64,000 bases of DNA from Octopus vulgaris (taxonomy: Eukaryota), in assembly GCA_951406725.2 (NCBI GenBank), contig OX597825.1, positions 30,814,001-30,878,000 on the forward strand, written 5' to 3'. The position numbers and the translations under genes are program-made. The notes below the pieces were generated by a model, which was given only the letters and a program-made list of their open reading frames with translations, was not told the origin of the DNA and did no database searches. Positions within the stretch are counted from its first letter, which is position 1. Each line of letters opens with the position of its first letter. This document shows, piece after piece, positions 1-13,047 of this stretch.

Positions 1-417
1 TTTTGTTTTTTTCGTAAACTTTCCCTATATATATATATATATATGTGTGTTTATATATATTTGTTCTCACTGTCCTATTCTTGTTACCACTTTCACCCTC
101 TGCAAAAAATACCCAATTTTATTTAATTTGCTTTGCAGGAAGGACTATTTCAATGAAGTTGCATCTTGTCCTTACCTTCGAAACAAGGAGTAGATGAAAC
201 AGGGACAACTGAAGAAGGAGAATATTTTTTATGTTGTATATCGCATTTCTCTGTTTGTTTTTTTCGTTGTTTGAAAAAAAGTTTGTTTCTATGTTTTCGT
301 TTCTCATTGTGTTCAAGGTTTTTTGATGTCCTGTACCCCATAATTGCATGTATGTATACATGTATATGTAGGTATGTACTTATATGTATATATGCCTATA
401 TTTTATATTATTTATAT

Positions 418-454
<37 letters not shown>

Positions 455-549
455 CGTTTATTAATTTGTTTTGCAAGATTCCTAATGTGAAATTGCGTGT
501 TGAAACAGATATATTTCGGGATGGTCATTTAAATTTCTATTACTAGTTT

Positions 550-801
550 CAGCATAGATTGACTTATTTCGGTCATGTTATGCAGAGAAAATCCCTGGAG
601 AAGGACATCATGCTCGGAATGGTCAGTGGCAAGAGTGGAAGAGGCCGACCAAGAACCCGCTGGCTTGACACCATCGAGAGTGATACTGGAATGGACATAG
701 CCAATCTGAAAGAAGCGGACCAGGATAGAACTGACTGGAGGACACTGATCCAATGAGTGACCGAGAGTCAACTTCGACTGAGCGGATAGATAGATAGATA
801 G
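550..801 (+). mobile_element. 5'-truncated RTE/BovB-type LINE 3' end with (GATA)n tail and 11-bp TSD
   Basis: ORF 559-756 reads YFGHVMQRKSLEKDIMLGMVSGKSGRGRPRTRWLD...DRTDWR, an RTE ORF2 C-terminus. It is followed by GATAGATA. ATTACTAGTTT is duplicated at 539-549 and 802-812. Confidence 0.9.
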
Positions 802-1196
802 ATTACTAGTTTTATTCTCTAAATTAAATCATCATCATCATCATCGTCATCATCATCATCATCATCACCGTCGTCATCATCATCATCATCATCATCATCA
901 TTTTAATGTCCATTTTTCTATGCTTACATGGGTCAGACACAAGTCGTTCGATGGCTGGATGTCCTTCAAGTGGCCAACCGCCACCTGCTTTCAAGCAGGC
1001 TAATATTTACCCTTATGATCGAGGGCTAAATACATGTAAGATTATGAGTTCAAGTCTCATCAGCATGTTGTGTCCTTGAGCAAGACACTTTATTCCACAT
1101 TGCCCCAGTCCACTCAGCTGTCAAAAATGAGTTGTACCAGCAGTTCTATAGGTCAAATTTGTAGTGTCGTGCTGAATCTTCCTAAGGACTATAGTA

Positions 1197-1431
1197 AGGA
1201 CGGCGAGCTGGCACAAATTTTAGCACGTCGGGTGAAATGCTTAGCGGTATTTCGTCTGCCGTTACGTTCTGAGTTCAAATTCTGACGAGATCAACTTTGC
1301 CTTTCATTCTTTCGGGGTCGATAAATTAAGTAACAGTTAGGCACTGGGGTCGATGTAATCGACTTAATCCGTTTGTCTGTCCTTATTTGTCCCTTCTGTG
1401 TTTAGCCCCTTGTGGATAGTAAAGAAATAGG
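1197..1431 (+). mobile_element. tRNA-derived SINE family A, nested in an older SINE (~1040-1530)
   Basis: GGCGAGCTGGCA head, GAGTTCAAATTC B-box-like motif and GCCTTTCATtCTTTCGGGGTCGATAAATTAAGTA body are shared with copies at 7530, 11629 and 21475. Confidence 0.85.
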
Positions 1432-1933
1432 TATGTGTGTCTGTAAACTGCATGTTATTTTTCACCAGCAGGTGCTGGTCTGTTGATCGGATCAACTGGT
1501 GCCCTTAGTGTTGTAACCAACTGAGTGGTCAGTCAATATTTAGCCATGGAAAGATATGACTTCACTGTGTAATGAGAATGAAATGATGCTGTTTGAGAGT
1601 GACACTCACATATAACTGTCACACAATGTCAAGACAAGGAAACACACACACTCACACTCTCACACATTTATACACACATATATACATATGTGTGTATATA
1701 TTTATGTATTTACATATATATATATATATATTTGAGTAGTTGAATGAATTATCTTATTAAGGATAATTCGAAAGATAACCGATACCTGGGTAGCAAATTC
1801 ACATCAGAAAGAACACGGTTGAAGCTACATCCCTGGGGCATAGCTTCGGAATTAGGAATGTGCAGCCTTCGAAACATATGTCGAGAATAAAGGATATTTG
1901 TTAACTAGTCGTTCAACTCCATTCTTTCATATA

Positions 1934-1977
<44 letters not shown>

Positions 1978-1978
<1 letters not shown>

Positions 1979-2144
1979 TACACTCTCGGAGTGGTTGGCG
2001 TTAGGAAGGGTATCCAGCTGTAGAAACACTGCCAGATCCGACTGGCCTGGTGCAACCTTCGGGCTCCCCAGACCCCAGTTGAACCGTCCAACCCATGCTA
2101 GCATGGAAAGCGGACGTTAAATGATGATGATGATGATGATGATG
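1978..2144 (+). mobile_element. RTE-type 3' tail module with (GAT)n tail
   Basis: CACTCTCGGAGTGGTTGGCGTTAGGAAGGG...CCATGCTAGCATGGAAAGCGGACGTTAAATGATGATG matches the 3' end of the RTE at 19720-19903. Confidence 0.8.
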
Positions 2145-2628
2145 TATAATATAAATTGGACATGGGCAATCATTGTATTCTTTCTTGTCTTGAGGTTCAC
2201 AGCCAAACAGCTGGATGGATTCACGGGGAAAATGGCACACATGTGGAGACGGGTGCATAGAATGGAATGCAGTTTGTATTTTTTTCCTAACCCATATACT
2301 TACCGAGAAAATCGATTAAAACTTTTTCTAATGGAATTTCCCTCTTTCTTCTGCCATTAAAGCAACCAGTTGCTTAGAAGCTGTTTTCTGATGAGGTGGG
2401 ATCAGGAAATTTTCATACAGCTGGAGGCTCCAATCGAACCAGGGGACCCAAAACTATAAGCTTGAGAAACGCTGTTATAGATTATGCCTAACCCAAAACG
2501 ATCACAGCCACATCATCGAAACAGACCGGGTGAAACTGGGCTTAGCTGCTAGTATATATATATATATAAAATACACACACACAAACACAGACAAGGTTAC
2601 TTTGTCTATTTTGGCAGAGGTTTTACAC

Positions 2629-2681
<53 letters not shown>

Positions 2682-2940
2682 AACACACATACAGCTGTAA
2701 AAATCAAGCCAAAACTAACCTTGCCTGTGCTAATGCCATATAAAAATCACTGAGTCTGCTCTGCAGAGTGGTTGGTGTTAGGAAGGAAGGTCATCCAGCC
2801 GTAAAATCTCTGCCAAAATAGACACAGTAACCTTGAGTAGTTTTTATACCTGGTCAGCTCCTGTCAACCATCCTATCCATGCATGCATGGAAGATGTACA
2901 TTAAACGATGATGATGATAATGATATATATATATATATAA

Positions 2941-3125
2941 AGCGAGCTGGCAGAAATGTTAGCACACTGGGCAAAATGCTTAGCGGTATTTCTTCTGTCT
3001 TTATGTTCTGAGTTCAAATTCCACTGCGGCTGACTTTGTCTTTCATCCTTTCAGGGTTGATAAATTAAGTACCTGTTGCATACTGGGGTCGACCTAATCA
3101 ATTGGACACCTCCCCACAAAATTTC
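2941..3125 (+). mobile_element. SINE family A, diverged copy
   Basis: GCGAGCTGGCAGAAATGTTAGCAC...GAGTTCAAATTCC...CATCCTTTCAGGGTTGATAAATTAAGTAC. Confidence 0.75.
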
Positions 3126-3344
3126 AATAATAAAAGGGTAAAAATAATTAATTATTAATTAATTTTACCAAGTAGTGTTCAGTATGTAAAAAGACCATTT
3201 ACAGTATATTTAAAACATTACGTTATATAATTAGAGTTCAGTAAAATAATTTACTTTACCACACACCGAACTTTTAGAAATAGCAGCTAAAAATTATATA
3301 CGTAATAATATATAATTATATAACGTAATATATATATATAGCTA

Positions 3345-3375
<31 letters not shown>

Positions 3376-3490
3376 ATAGAAATTCGGGGTGAGTACTTGA
3401 TAATTATAAGCACCTGTGTATACCGTTTGGTGGTGTAGGTGGTGGAGTAAATTGATCAAAATAAAATAAAAACATGATGCGAAGGATTCA

Positions 3491-3568
3491 GCGGTACATA
3501 TGTTTCGGGCCTTTATTAGACAGATTTATAACAATGCATAATGTATGTCTGTGGCCTTCTTCAGCCGC
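3491..3568 (-). ncRNA. Type-I hammerhead ribozyme motif (Penelope/retrozyme-like)
   Basis: Minus strand reads GCGG-CUGAAGA-aGGCC...GGCCc-GAAA-CAUAUG-UA-CCGC. Stem I is GCGG/CCGC, the core is intact, helix III is palindromic and the cleavage triplet is GUA. The stem II base pair is an A.C mismatch. Confidence 0.75.
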
Positions 3569-3689
3569 GCACAACAGCTTCCACAAGGACATGTGTTACA
3601 TCAAAAATTCTTGGTTGGGGATGCAAATCCTCTCATTCACGTACGACATAATGCGGCAGCAGCATAGAGTTGAAGCGTCCATCTCTTTC

Positions 3690-3735
<46 letters not shown>

Positions 3736-3819
3736 ACTTATATATATATGTATATACATACATGCATATATATGTGTATGTGTGTGTGTGTAGACAAGCA
3801 CAAACACACACCAGGCTGC

Positions 3820-4085
3820 GTAGGTTGAGTTAAAAGATTTGGGGGATTTTCACAGCTGATTCTTGGCAACTTGTATCTCCATGTTATATCATAAATTTGA
3901 TACAAGAATTGTTTATTTTTTTATTTTACAGTTTTGATAATGATTGGTAAAAAAATTAGAGTAAGAACAATTTTACACAACCTGAGAACTGATTGCAATT
4001 AGAGTGGCAAAAGAAATTAATGATGTGGAAGGCCTGGCAACTGACAATGAATGTGTGACACAAAACTGGTTCAGGCATTTCAAAT
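3820..4085 (+). mobile_element. Mariner 5' fragment (TIR-like start plus HTH remnant)
   Basis: Starts TAGGTTGAGTTAAAAG. About 4010-4084 translates KEINDVEGLATDNECVTQNWFRHFK, resembling the mariner N-terminal INxxxG...WFxRFK motif. Confidence 0.55.
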
Positions 4086-5072
4086 TAATCCAACACCTTA
4101 GATTGATACCTTTTTATTGCTGCCTCCTCCCAAAAGCAAAATCAAATGTAAGACAAAGTTGACCTCAGTGGAACTGAATTCAGAGTGAAGCGAGTCAGAA
4201 CAAATGTCTTAAAGTGTTGTATCTCATGCTCTAACAACTCTGCCATCATAAAATGAAAATGTGTTGTGATTTTAGAATGGTTTGGCTGCTATTTCTAGCA
4301 GACTAGGTGACTATGTAGAGGCTTGTTCATAGGCTTGATTTGAAATATAGTATTTGTTGCTAACTGATTGAAGATTTCCAACTGTATAAGCTCAAAGACA
4401 GAAACTGGATGTTAATCACGCAAAGCAATGAAATTTTTATGGCGTCTTCAACAGCAGTTTGACTCATAAACTAGCTAGCTTTATAGTTAATTCTTTCAAT
4501 TTCCACTGGTTGGGAAACAGGTAGAATTAATTAACCACTATGTTAAATAGTTAACAAGATACATTGAATTCCAGTCATGCAAATGTGTTGGAATAATCAT
4601 ACCTAAGTGATCCCTAAGGTCTTAAATATATAGGCTAATATACTTTTAAAGTAATACCAGAAGAACTAATAATATACATTATTTTAATTTAGCTATCTGT
4701 AATTACAATAACAAACTGGATGGCAACGCAGGCAAAGCCGGCAAAGCAGGTAAAGCAGGTAAAGCATTGGATATTTAATCAAGAGGTTGGCATCTCATTT
4801 CCTCTCATCAGTACAGCATTGTATCTTATGCTAAGAAACTTATCTAAACAAGTTCAACAATCAATTGCAGGGTCAGTGTAATTTACTGTTGAAGAACTTG
4901 GAGCACTATAAAATTAATGAGTGTTTCATTTGGTTTCACTGGGTTGTTTCAATTCCTCCTGTTGTAGATGCTATCTGCAAAGTAATTAGGTCTTTGCAGA
5001 CTGACATTTGTCCATTTGTCTCTCAAATCTACTAAATGCTTCTACAAGTCTACAACTGCACTTAACCACACA

Positions 5073-5456
<384 letters not shown>

Positions 5457-6119
5457 TATATTACATTATTGTTAGCAATAATTCTCGATATCTTTGACTT
5501 CTTGCCTTGCCTAAAGGACAAAATTCTGTAGGCAAGTAACGCAGTCGAAAGAGTTAATTCCAAACATAGCTGGGTGATCAAAATGTTTCCTTTACAGCTA
5601 CATAGTCTTGAGTTCCATTCCAATGCACAGCATCTTGGGCAAGTGTCATTTACCATACCATTTTGGTTGACCAATACTTTGTGAGTAGAATTTGGTAACA
5701 TCATCAAAGTAACAGAAAGTTTGGTGTTCTTCAAACAAAATCATTAACAGTATTTGTTTTACACCAAATTGCAAATACACAAATTCAGAAATGAAATTAA
5801 CCAATAATTGGCATGTTGTAAGCTTGTAATATTATTATCAATGAGTTGCAATATTGGTTTCAAATTTTAGCACTAGGCCAGTAATTTTTTTTTTTTGGGG
5901 GGGGTAGTGTGGGGGGGTTATTGTAAGTCAATTACATCGACCCTGCTGTTCAACGGGTACTTGTTTTATCGACCTCAAAATGATGAAGGGTAGGATTTGA
6001 ACTCAGAACATAAAGAGAGACGGAATGCTGCTAAGCATTTTGCCCAGCATGCTAACAATTCTGCCAGCATGCTGCTTTGATGATCTACAATATTAAATGA
6101 TCTACAACCCAATAATCCT

Positions 6120-6470
6120 CATCATCATCAACCTCATTTAACGTCCTCCTTCCATGTTGGCATGAGTTGGACAGTTTGACAGGACCTGGCCAGGCAGGAG
6201 CCTGCAACATGCTTCTGTGTCTGTTTTGGCATGGTTGTTATTTTTTTTTTTTTTTTTTTGTACTTGTTCCAGTCATTTGACTGCGGCCATGCTGGAGCAC
6301 CGCCTTTAGAGTGGTGAAAGAGTACAGCAGGGATCGCCACCACCCCCTGCCGGAGCCTCGTGGAGCTTTTAGGTGTTTTCGCTCAATAAACACACACAAC
6401 GCCCAGTCTGGGAATCGAAACCGCGATCCTCCGACCGCAAGTCCGCTGCCCTAACCACTGGGCCATGGAT
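6120..6470 (-). mobile_element. Nested fragments: RTE tail module, SINE B 3' end and tRNA-head SINE 5' half
   Basis: 6120-6235 is the reverse complement of the GAT-tail module. 6260-6308 is the reverse complement of the SINE B tail. 6309-6465 matches 31398-31555. Confidence 0.7.
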
Positions 6471-7529
6471 GCTCTTCCAAATGCCAACCATGGACTGGGT
6501 GCTTTTTAAGTGGCAGGGTCATTGAGTACCTTTGCAAGACAAGGAATCTTTGGGAGCGGAGGGGACAATGGAGGAAGTGATCTTGTGTAAATTTTGCTCT
6601 GAAATTTTTGGCTTGTATGCCATAAAATATGGTGTAAAAATGTATTGTGCATTTTGTTTATATTTATTTATTTATTAATATTTTATTATTTTTTTTGTTT
6701 GGCTTTTGGTACCACATGACATATCAGAAACTTCATTTTCAGCACATTTCAGAACATAAAATAATATACGGAATTCATATAATTAACAAATGTGCGACTT
6801 TTAATGAGTTTTTAAATGCATTATCAATTGTCTTAATTAATAACATGATATCAATGATTACAATTAGACAAAATGTTTAATTATTGTTTCAGATACGTGT
6901 CTAAATTGACCTATTTCATTGTATTGCACTTATCGGGATATATAGGTTTCATATTCTTAGATATGCACAATGTAATGAGGCGTAGCATTTGATCTGTCTA
7001 TTCAGCATTTCTGTCATCAATCATGATCGTTATCATTTTACCTCTCCCCCCTCACCATTCCCTCCCCATCACTAGATCTTTCCTCACTTCGTCATGACAC
7101 TTGTGTAATGAGGGATGACATTGGATTATTCCATATTTAGTACACACTTCTATCGCCTTCTAACTCTCATTTTCTCTCCCCCCTCCATCGTGACTCTTAG
7201 TTACCATGTACCACTCTCGTCTCCACAATCTCTATTGCTGCCTTTCATTTCTATCCTCTTCCATTTATACATCTTTATTGCCACCCTGTCACACTTGCCT
7301 TTGTTGATTTCTATTGAACTTTCTACCAACAACCAAAATATAGCTGTTACCTTGTCTCTTGTATTACCCCCCTCTCCTATCACTCTTACCATTACCATCT
7401 CTGCAACTATTCCTCACTTACTCACTCTTGCCATGGTACATCTTTATTGCTACCCTATCAAGCTGTTTGTATCGTATTCTTATTCAACCTCCTACCAAAT
7501 CCCAATGTGTTACTATCACTGTCTCTCTT

Positions 7530-7946
7530 AAGGTGGCGAGCTGGCAGAATCGTTAGCACGCCGGGCGAAATGCTTAGCGGTATTTCGTCTGTCGTTACGT
7601 TCTGAGTTCAAATTCTGCCGAGGTCGACTTTGCCTTTCATCCTTTCAGGGTCGATAAATAAAGTACCAGTTTCGCACTGGGGTCGATGTAATCGACTTAA
7701 TCCTTTTGTCTGTCCTTGTTTGTCCTCTCTGTGTTTAGCCCCTTGTGGGTAGTAAAGAAATAGGTATTTTGTCTGTCTTTATGTTCTGAGTTCAAATTCT
7801 GCCGAGGTTGACTGTGCCTTTCATCCTTTCAGGGTCGATAGATAAAGTACCAGTTTCCCACTGGGGTCGATGTAATCGACTTAATCCCTTTGTCTGTCCT
7901 TGTTTGTCCCCTCTATGTTTAGCCCCTTGTGGGCAGTAAAGAAATA
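7530..7946 (+). mobile_element. SINE family A with tandemly duplicated ~184-bp body and 16-bp TSD
   Basis: TSD TATCACTGTCTCTCTT at 7514-7529 and 7947-7962. The body starting GTATTT(C)GTCTG at 7580 is repeated from 7764. Confidence 0.9.
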
Positions 7947-9211
7947 TATCACTGTCTCTCTTCCTTTCCCCCTTCTACCATCCCCATAACTGTTCCCTCC
8001 CACCCCCATACTGCACTGCTGTTCATACACACTCTTCTTTTCACAGTCTTAGTTATCACCAACTCTTCTATTTATACACTTGGTTATGTTTCCCTTAAAA
8101 AAGTAGGGACCACATTAAGTAAAGAGGACTTCTCAGTCTTGTAGGAACAGAGCAACCCCTCAAATGTTGTATCACAATAAAACACACTCAGTACACTCTG
8201 TTAAATACAATCTAAATCAAAATAGACTTTTAGGCTGCATTAAGAACATACCAGCCCCTCTAAGCGCTGATGCCACAATTAAACAGAGCAATAAAGTAAT
8301 TGGTATTAAGCAGGATATCTATTCATAGAAAAAATGCCAAAAATGGAATGTTCAAGTGAGGCTCAGTTTTTTTTTACGCATCTGGGGGAGCAGTAATTCA
8401 GAATAAGAACTGATTTAGTCCATGATGGCTCATCTAGACATAAATGTAAAAATAAAAACCTTTAGTCATCTAACGATGGCTAAAGATTTCTATTTGGTTC
8501 AAGGGATGTTACAATAATTCCTTTACACTACTGTGGGTGTATTAGAATGCAAAGAACTCATGTAGAATAACAGAGGTTCGGATCATCAAAGATCCACTAG
8601 AATTTGCAAATTGGGTTGCTTTGGGAACTGGTGTGGCCGTGTGGTTATGATGGCACCTTGAGCAAGTGGACAAGTGGACAAATGTCTTCTACTCCTGGTC
8701 ATGTGAGTAGATTTGGTACACAGAAACTGAAAGAAGCCTGTAATGTGGTCTAGTGGTTAGAGTGTTGCACTCATGATCGCTAGATCATGGGTTCAATTTC
8801 TAGACTGTACAACACATTGTGTTCTTGAGCAAAACACATCATTTCACATTGCTCTGCAATCATTTTGATATCTGTCATGTGACACACTTGTGCACTTGTA
8901 TATGCAATGTCATATGTCATCTTTCACAGGAGATTCCATCATACATTTAGATCTGTATGAGTGTGCATGTGTGCATGTGTGTTTATGCGTGCATATGTGT
9001 GTGTGTTTGTGTATGCGCCATTGTCTTGACATCATGTTGTGACTCTAAACAAGCATCAGTCATATAAGAGATGTCTTCTATAAAAATTACATCTGGTCAA
9101 GGGGAAATTTTTACTGTGAAGGTTGGTGATAGGAAGAGAATCTAACCATAGAAAATCTTGCTTCAAAAAGTTCTTTTTGACTCATGCAAGCTTGGAAAAG
9201 TGGACGTTAAA

Positions 9212-9353
9212 ACAGCGGCGGCAGTGGTGATGGTGGTGGTGGTGGTGGTGGCGGCGACGGTGGTGGTGGTAATGGTGATGTTGATGATGATGATGATGAT
9301 GATGAGGAGGAGGAGGATGATGATGATGATGATGATGGTGATGGTGATGATGG

Positions 9354-9391
<38 letters not shown>

Positions 9392-9427
9392 GTGATGGCG
9401 ATGATGATGATGATGATGACAACGACA

Positions 9428-9461
<34 letters not shown>

Positions 9462-9522
9462 CGACGACGACGATGACAACGATGATGATGATGAAGAGGA
9501 GGAGGAGGAGGAGGGGGAGGGG
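9212..9522. repeat. Compound trinucleotide repeat (GGT/GAT/GAC/GAG) grown from an RTE-module tail
   Basis: Follows CATGCAAGCTTGGAAAAGTGGACGTTAAA, the end of the tail module. Confidence 0.9.
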
Positions 9523-10636
9523 GTAGTCAAGATTCCTCATTTCTGTTGCCATGTACACATTAGAAATAAACATTTTTTATGAAACCATAATGAAAACGTG
9601 AAATAAGTGAAATTTTTGAAATTTTCCATGATAAGCAAGTAGAGCATTCAGAATTACCATATTTTAATAATTTGCAAATAAATTCTCAGAATTACTCCTG
9701 ATTTTTCAATTTCATAGCATCATACATATATGTAAGAATTTTGACTGCACTACACTTATTAGTATACATAGCTTTCTTGTTACTATATACGCAAACATTT
9801 TGATTCTTTATTGCTATGTACTGAAGAGAATTTCCAAATGTTAATGATTATTTTTTTTTTAAATCTGATAAAAATTCTTATAATTTCTCATGATTTTTAC
9901 TTTTCTTGCCTGAAGTCATGTCAGAATTGATCATTTTCATTAAACTATACTTAATAGAAAGCATGAATATTTTGTTCTTAGATTTGTGAAATGTTACAAT
10001 TTTTCATAAACTTCTAGAATTTGACAAGTTTTTTATATATATCACATACAAAATTACTCACGATTCGTCATTTTCTTTGCTGCAAACATGTTAGAATTTA
10101 TCATTTCAACATAGATGTAATACTATTTGTTATGATATACTTTGTAATTTTTCATCACTGCAGACTTTTCAAAACTTAAATATTGTAATAATTTATAAAA
10201 TCTTACAATTATTTAAAGATTTTTACCTTATTTTATAAATACTGTGCACTGATAATTATCATTATTCTCAACCAGGTAAATACAAGAATTTACTTCCTGT
10301 TAACTGCTATGCAAAATTTTGAAGTACCATCATTTGGATGGAATAGGGATAACTTGATGAGTAGGGTTAAAAAAAATGGAAAATCAAAATGCTAATGTCA
10401 GCATCGTAATGTCTCTGGTCTGTAGATCGATCTCACCAATTCTTTATCATCCAGGAGCAGCAAATTCATCACTAGACTAGAGCTCTTACCATATTGGCAG
10501 TAGCATCTTAATTTTCATCTTTTGTTCCCTATTCACCAAGCTGTCACTATTCCTCCCCAATTATAGTATTTAATGAATATCAACCTATTTGAATTTGTCT
10601 GTGTTCATAATTCTTCAGGTTTTATATAAATTTCCG

Positions 10637-11046
10637 CAAGAGTGGCTGTGTGGTAAGTAGCTTGCTAACCAACCACATGGTTCCGGGTTCAGTCCCACTG
10701 TGTGGCATCTTGGGCAAGTGTCTTCTGCTATAGCCCCGGGCCGACCAATGCCTTGTGAGTGGATTTGGTAGACGGAAACTGAAAGAAGCCTGTCGTATAT
10801 ATGTATATATATATAAATGTGTGTGTATATGTTTGTGTGTCTGTGTTTGTCTCCCTAGCATTGCTTGACAACCGATGCTGGTGTGTTTACGTCCCCGTCA
10901 CTTAGCGGTTCGGCAAAAGAGACCGATAGAATAAGTGCTGGGCTTACAGGGAATAAGTCCCGGGGTCGATTTGCTCGACTAAAGGCGGTGCTCCAGCATG
11001 ACTGCAGTCAAATGACTGAAACAAGTAAAAGAGTAAAAAGAGAGTA
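10637..11046 (+). mobile_element. tRNA-derived SINE family B (CORE-like TTGGGCAAGTGTCTT, internal TA/TG microsatellite, GTAAAAGA tail)
   Basis: A-box-like TGGCTGTGTGG and B-box-like GGTTCAGTCCC. Near-identical copies lie at 12622, 22970, 24501, 28571, 40928 and 42900. Confidence 0.88.
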
Positions 11047-11154
11047 AGTAATCATTGTTTACTTTGCATGACTCAAACAGTCTCAGAATTGTCTACTTTT
11101 GTGATGGTTCACTTGTAACTTTATATTCTCAGAAAAACCTTCTTACACATTTCA

Positions 11155-11535
11155 TACTTTACTTGTTTCAGTCGTTAGGCTGTGACCATACTGGAGAACA
11201 GTCTTGAAGGGTTTAGTCAAACAAATCAACCCCTGAACTTTTTTTTTACATTATTTAAAGCCTGGTATTTAGTCTATCAATCTCTTTTAGCTGAATTGGA
11301 AAGGTAAACAAGCCAGCACCAGTTCTAAAGCAGTTGTGCATGTGTGTGTAGGGTGGGGAGCAAACACAGACATATACACGGGCCTCTTTCAGTTTCCATC
11401 TACCAAATCCACACAAGGCTTTGGTCAACCTGGGGCTATCGTAAAACACACTTGCCCAAGGAGTCACACAGTGGGGCTGAAACCAGAACCATATGACTGA
11501 GGAGCAAGCTTCTTGCCAGACAGTCACAGCTATGC
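11155..11535 (-). mobile_element. SINE family B, diverged
   Basis: Reverse complement of the family B head, body and tail (ACTTGTTTCAGTC...CACTTGCCCAAG...). Confidence 0.7.
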
Positions 11536-11628
11536 TTATTGTGGAATATTTGGTAATTTTCTATGATCATGTACTTGTTAAAATTAGTAACAATTGATGC
11601 TTTACAAACATGGTATTTATTTTCAAAA

Positions 11629-12033
11629 TTTAAGGCGGCGAGCTGGCAGAATCGTTTGCACGTCGGGCGAAATGCTTAGCGGTATTTCGGCTGCCGTTAC
11701 GTTGTGAGTTCAAATTCCGCCGAGGTCGACTTGGCCTTTCATCCTTTCGGGGTCGATAAATTAAGTACCAGTTAAGCACTGGGGTCGATGTATTCGACTT
11801 AATACCTATGTCTATCCTTGTTTGTCCCCTCTGTGTTTAGCCCCTTGTGGGTAATAAAGAAATAGGTATTTCGTCTGCCACTACGTTCTGAGTTCAAACT
11901 TTGCCTTTCATCCTTTCGGGGTCGATTAAATAAGTACCAGTTATGCACTGGGGTCGATATAATCGACTTAATCTGTGTGTCTGCCCTTGTTTGTCCCCTC
12001 TGTGTTTAGCTCCTTGTGGGTAGTAAAGAAATA
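11629..12033 (+). mobile_element. SINE family A with tandemly duplicated body and 17-bp TSD
   Basis: TSD GGTATTTATTTTCAAAA at 11612-11628 and 12034-12050. The second body unit begins at ~11865. Confidence 0.9.
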
Positions 12034-12621
12034 GGTATTTATTTTCAAAACTACTTAAGGTTTTAATATTAAACAGCTAAATGCATATTAGCATAAGCTA
12101 TTTCATTACACTGTATTTGTTAAAATATATAGAGTTAATGGTCTTACATAGTTGAAAATTTGGAATTTTTATGGCTGGATAATATTTTCAAATTCAGCAA
12201 TTTACAAATATTTTGTAAATCTTATAATTAGTCTAAATTTTTAGCTGTGGGGCAAGATACAAGTCAGAATTGAACATTTTAATAAGAATACATTTATGAA
12301 TATTGCAGCATTTTATTTAAAATTAAATGGCAAATTTAATTTAAATATTAAAAGTGAATCTAACAGTTTTTGGTGTTTCTTAGATGGCTTATAAACACTT
12401 TCCATGCTGCAATTTTTTTCGTTCCAGCACATGATCTCAGATCAGATCACTTGCTATGCAAGTACATCCTAGTATTTTATTGTTGTTCTTTTATGTTCTA
12501 CTTTCAAATGAATCAAGAATTAATTTTTATTTTATTTTTCTGAGGTCAGTAAAATGAAAATATTCAATAACTCTTCTATAGCAAGATACTTCATCATGTC
12601 CTTTTATCATACTTTAGCATA

Positions 12622-12846
12622 CTCTTTTACTCTTTTACTCTTTTACTCTTTTACTTGTTTCAGTCATTTGACTGCGGCCATGCTGGAGCACCGCCTTTAA
12701 TTGAGCAACTCGACCCTGGAACTTATTCTTTTGTAAGCCCAGTACATATTCTATCAGTCTCTTTTGCCAAACCGCTAAGTTACGGGGACATAAACACACC
12801 AGCATCAGTTGTCAAGCAATGCTAGGGGGACAAACAGAGACACACA

Positions 12847-12885
<39 letters not shown>

Positions 12886-13047
12886 GATGGGCTTCTTTTC
12901 AGTTTCCGTCTACCAAATCCACTCACAAGGCTTTGGTTGGCTCGAGGCTATAGTAGAAGACACTTATCCAAGGTACCATGCAGTGGGACTGAACCCGGGA
13001 CCATGTGGTTGGTAAACAAGCTACTTACCACACAGCCACTCCTGCGC
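12622..13047 (-). mobile_element. SINE family B, full length
   Basis: (TACTCTTT)n tail at 12622-12655. The reverse-complemented head CCACACAGCCACTCCTGCGC is at ~13029-13047. Confidence 0.88.

Noticed and set aside
1821-1885. Hammerhead 3' half GAAA-CATATG-TC
   Set aside because: No recognisable CUGANGA upstream, so at most a dead relic.
2388-2470. CTGATGAG core (similar isolated CTGAAGA at ~209 and ~24997)
   Set aside because: No matching GAAA-helix III-UH with a closing stem I.
2520-2552. Helitron-like 3' end (imperfect hairpin plus CTAG|T); similar weak case at ~20321-20534
   Set aside because: No convincing matching opposite terminus and no second copy in the window.
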